The position numbers and the translations under genes were made by a program. A DNA stretch of 64,000 nt. It comes from Psammoneis japonica (taxonomy: Eukaryota). The notes under the pieces are model-generated. The model saw only the letters and a program-made list of their open reading frames with translations, was not told the DNA's origin and did not search any database. This document shows, in pieces, positions 60,500 through 64,000 of this stretch. Position 1 is the stretch's first letter. Each line of letters begins with the position of its first letter. The stretch covers positions 248,001 through 312,000 of the forward strand of contig QPGO01000002.1 in assembly GCA_008632985.1 (NCBI GenBank). Reading direction: 5' to 3'.

Positions 60500-62700
60500 A
60501 AGGGTGTCCCAATCAGCGCAACAGATGAATTGCTGAGAACTGTGCTGGATGAATTCTCCAGTGGTGGGTTGTCTGTCACCCGACAAGTGCCCTCTTCTTG
60601 AACTTTCATGTCCAAGCTCAAGTCAATGTTGAATGGCATTGTGGCCCCGGCACTGCAACAAGTTCCCCTTGAGTCTGTTTTCATCATCAACCAATTCAAG
60701 AGCAACCCGCTGCAGGAGCTCTCTCCTGGCATCCCTGTGTGTGACTTTTCCCTCCAACTGCAGGACCTTTTTGACGATCCCCTTTTTGCCGATCTTTCAA
60801 ATCTCGATGTTCCTCCTTGTTCACATTGGTCTCAGGTGCTCTCCAGTGAACCCATGTCAGACAAGAGTGGCAATTGGAAACTTTGTGATGATGCCAAAAT
60901 GAAGAATGGAGAAACTCACAGCACCTGTTTTCGTGGCAATGACGTTCCCCGCTGTCCGCAGATCCTTTCATGTTTTGGGTTTGTGCTGCACCAACAAAAC
61001 TGGGAAAGGACAGGTTGCACCTCATTTGATGGAGCCATTCGTTTCCTCTGCAACTCTCATCAAGGCATCTGCCTGTCATTGTTTTGAAGCATGGCATCCT
61101 CTTGGATTCATTCCGAAACACACAGGTTGCAAAACAAAGAACCCCGTTTTTGGGTTGAATGTCAGCAGAAATTGTCGCCGCATTTTGTCTGTCCTTCTTG
61201 CATCTGTTGCCTCCTGTCTGCCGCATCTGACTTGGCAACCAGCATTGTTGCAAGCGCATTGTTGCCGCAAAAAATCCTGCCACATCTGTCATGCCTGTCA
61301 CACCTCCCGGACATGCAGCAATGAACCGCTGCATTGCGGCAGGCATTTTTCTCAGGAAGTGATGGAGCGTTTGACTGCTGCAGCTCTTGGACCACCACCT
61401 GGTTCAATGGACAGTCCGTGGCATCTGTTTGTTGAACCACAAATGGCCACAGTGATGTCCAAGGCCAAAGCTGAGTCAATCCATTCCAAGGGACACAGTG
61501 CAGTTTTCCGGTGCACGAACATTTGTTCCTCCATGCTTCACAAGGTGTTCGGCCAACACACGGTTGACAACTCAACATTTCCTCTTCGAACAGGAGACAA
61601 TCATCAGGGCATGTTTGGGTTTGCGTCCCCTGACCCAATGCACATGTTCCAAGGTGGCACACCAGTCCCTCAGATGCTCTCCGCCATTGTCAATGATTTG
61701 CCCGACTCCGCCAAAGGCCACTTGAATGATTTGGCAAACCGCACGTTTGGATCTCAGTGGTGCAGACCCAGTCAGAGAACAATGTTTCCACCAGTTGTCT
61801 TGCAAAATGGCTTTTGCACCTTGTGTGGTTTGACCTGTGGCCAAAAGATGGGGAAGCTGTTTGCGACAGTGCCAGCGGGTCAGACTGCAGAGGGATGGGG
61901 CATGCTCCATCTTTGTTGCCATCCAGATTTTGACAAGACAAAGAAAAACAAGCCTCAATGGATGCAAACCAGAAATGTCAACCTGGATCAACACACAACT
62001 CTGTGTCCCCAGCAACAATGATTCCTCTGTTTCCAACATTTTCAGATGCTGTGCAGACCGTCGCCAGCCACTGCACTCACAGGCAACTTCTCATGACCAG
62101 CCGTTGGTCTGCTCAGAAATTGAAAAGGAGTTGCCTCTTACATTCCGCCAAAGCCTAAAGAGCCTCGACCCAGAGCTGGCCAGTCATTCAGCGGACTGTG
62201 ATGATGTGGATCATCTGTTGCTTTTGCTCAACAAATTGTTGTTGCTCCACTCCTTTCACAGCTGTGGTTCTTCCCTGCACTCACAAACCAATTGCGTCAA
62301 TGATGTTGAATGTTGCCTTGTTCTTTTGATGTTGGTGAAGGCACACATGGATGGAAAACATCAAAAGTTCCACAATTTGCTTCACTTGACAGCTGCTCTT
62401 TGTTGACTGGGCACATTTTCTGGATGGACCTGCCAAGCCTCACAAGGTGAAGAAGAGTTCACCAGTCAGCTTGCAACCCAACTGCATGAGCAAAGTCTGT
62501 TGGAGAGAGCAAACAACTTGATTGTCCGCCCCCTTGCCCCTGATGATTTGCCACCCAGCACAACATTGCACCACAACCTGGGGCACACTGTGTCCACAGT
62601 TGACCGTGTTGACAAAACATTTAGAGGAAAGCACCAAGGCAACCAACTTGTCTCTTTCCGGCTCCATGTCTGATCAAGAGCTCTCGGATGACAAGATGTT
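60500..62700 (+). mobile_element. Degenerate Plavaka/CACTA-like transposase
   Basis: Motifs across frames: PVCDFSLQLQDLFDDP, TNKT..EPF, AWHPLGFIP, DPMHMFQGG, RPSQRTMFPPV..NGFCTL, KFHNLLHL. These match Plavaka-type transposases once Cys/His are read back as Tyr. Confidence 0.65.
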
Positions 62701-64000
62701 GTTTGTCCTTGACATGAAGGATGAGTGGCCAGAAATCTTTTTAAATGGTGACATGCACTCAGGAGGCAGGGGTGCACATGAAGTGAGACAAATCGTCAAA
62801 ACAAAGTTTTTTTCCTCACATGATTTTCCTGAATTCCATCAACGTTCTTTGGCAGAATGCTGCAAGGTTGGAACATGACCGCACACTCTCTGGGTCAGTT
62901 GTGTGATCGCATTTAGCAACAAATTCCTCTGGACCATGCCATTTGTTGACTGCGAAGAACTTGATCCTGTGTTTGAATCCATGTTTCTTTGTGGCAGCAG
63001 GGCACAACTCCTTGCATCGCATTGGCAAGAAGACTGTGCCGTTGTCATGCAGGAAAATAAAGTCCCATTTCAAACCATGCTTCTTTAGACAGTGCAGGTG
63101 GCAAGAGAGCTGGTCCATGCACACCATGGTCACTGACATTTTGTTGTTGCGCATCAGTCTCCGTGCAGCTTCACACATCTTCCATGCCTCCTCCAACTCA
63201 ATTCCACCGGAATCAACAACAAGATGGCTTTCCAACGAGGTGCCAACAGAATCCGTTTTCATCATCATCATTCAAAGTGGCGCTGGCAGCATTCTCAGCA
63301 GGACAATTCCCCAGGTGGGCACCTGATTGGATGTGCAAAGTGCCTCTTGCACTTCCCAGCTGGACTGCTTTCCGCGTTCTTTCTGGCGTGCCCATTTCCC
63401 TTTTGTTTCTTTCCGTCTGTTGTCAACTGACAAGCTGTGTCCTTTTCTTGTTCTGCAGAGTTTGGGTTGCGCAGCACTCTGTCTTGCTCCTCCAAAAAAC
63501 AAACAAACCAAGATGGACAATCCTGGGCTTTTGCTGATGTTCTGCCCACCTTGGATGGGAGGAACAGTGAACCTTGCCAAGGGCACCACTGCATTGTGCC
63601 TCTTGCACCAGGCGCGCACAATGCACTTGAACAGCTCACCTCTTGGTTGAGACAGAGCAAGGAGAACTCTGTCCCGGGATGGCAAGGAGACAGCAATTGA
63701 CACAGACCAAGCTGGCAGCGGTGCTCCGTTGTGCTCCCTGCAAACCAACCCCTTGCACTCTGCAACGTGTTGGAGACAAACAGCTCCGTTGCAGCAACTG
63801 CAAAACAAAATCCAAAGCCACGCAATGCACCCAAGCATTGTTGTTTGAGTCTTGTCCTCCTTCATGATCTTGGTGCACCTTCCGTCACTGCGATCAGATG
63901 TTGCACGCATTTCTGCCAAAGACAGAATTTTTTCTGTTGCCTCAGCCATTTCCTCTTGGTTGCTGAGTGGGTGGAGGTTGATTGCATCCAAGCATTCCTG

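Larger units (their letters stand above)
58480..64000. other. TpA-depleted hypermutated block E
   Basis: TA rare from mid-MITE to the window end. Confidence 0.9.

Overview
Eukaryotic genomic DNA, most likely from a diatom or other stramenopile (80-100 nt GT-AG introns, a frustulin-type GDCD Cys motif, a diatom-style ankyrin protein, a Plavaka/CACTA-like transposase). The window is a mosaic of two sequence states. About 35 kb has ordinary composition and holds segmental duplications, gene fragments (ATRX-like SNF2, P450, UDP-sugar transporter), an ankyrin gene, a multi-pass membrane protein gene and a shuffled family of intron-containing genes with C-terminal KOW/Tudor-like domains. About 29 kb lies in five sharply bounded blocks (~4950-7140, ~12330-20510, ~29010-40960, ~47890-48890, ~58480-64000) almost devoid of the dinucleotide TpA and variably depleted of CpG. 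An internal duplication shows the direction of change. The second copy of the ankyrin gene, inside a block, has nearly every ancestral TpA converted to TpG or CpA (A>G / T>C on both strands), while the first copy is intact. This looks like a domain-restricted, TE-associated TpA hypermutation process, the mirror image of fungal RIP. I know of no described system like it. The main alternative is a TpA base modification miscalled during sequencing. Most Cys/His/Trp-rich ORFs inside these blocks are by-products of the process. All counts are by hand and approximate.
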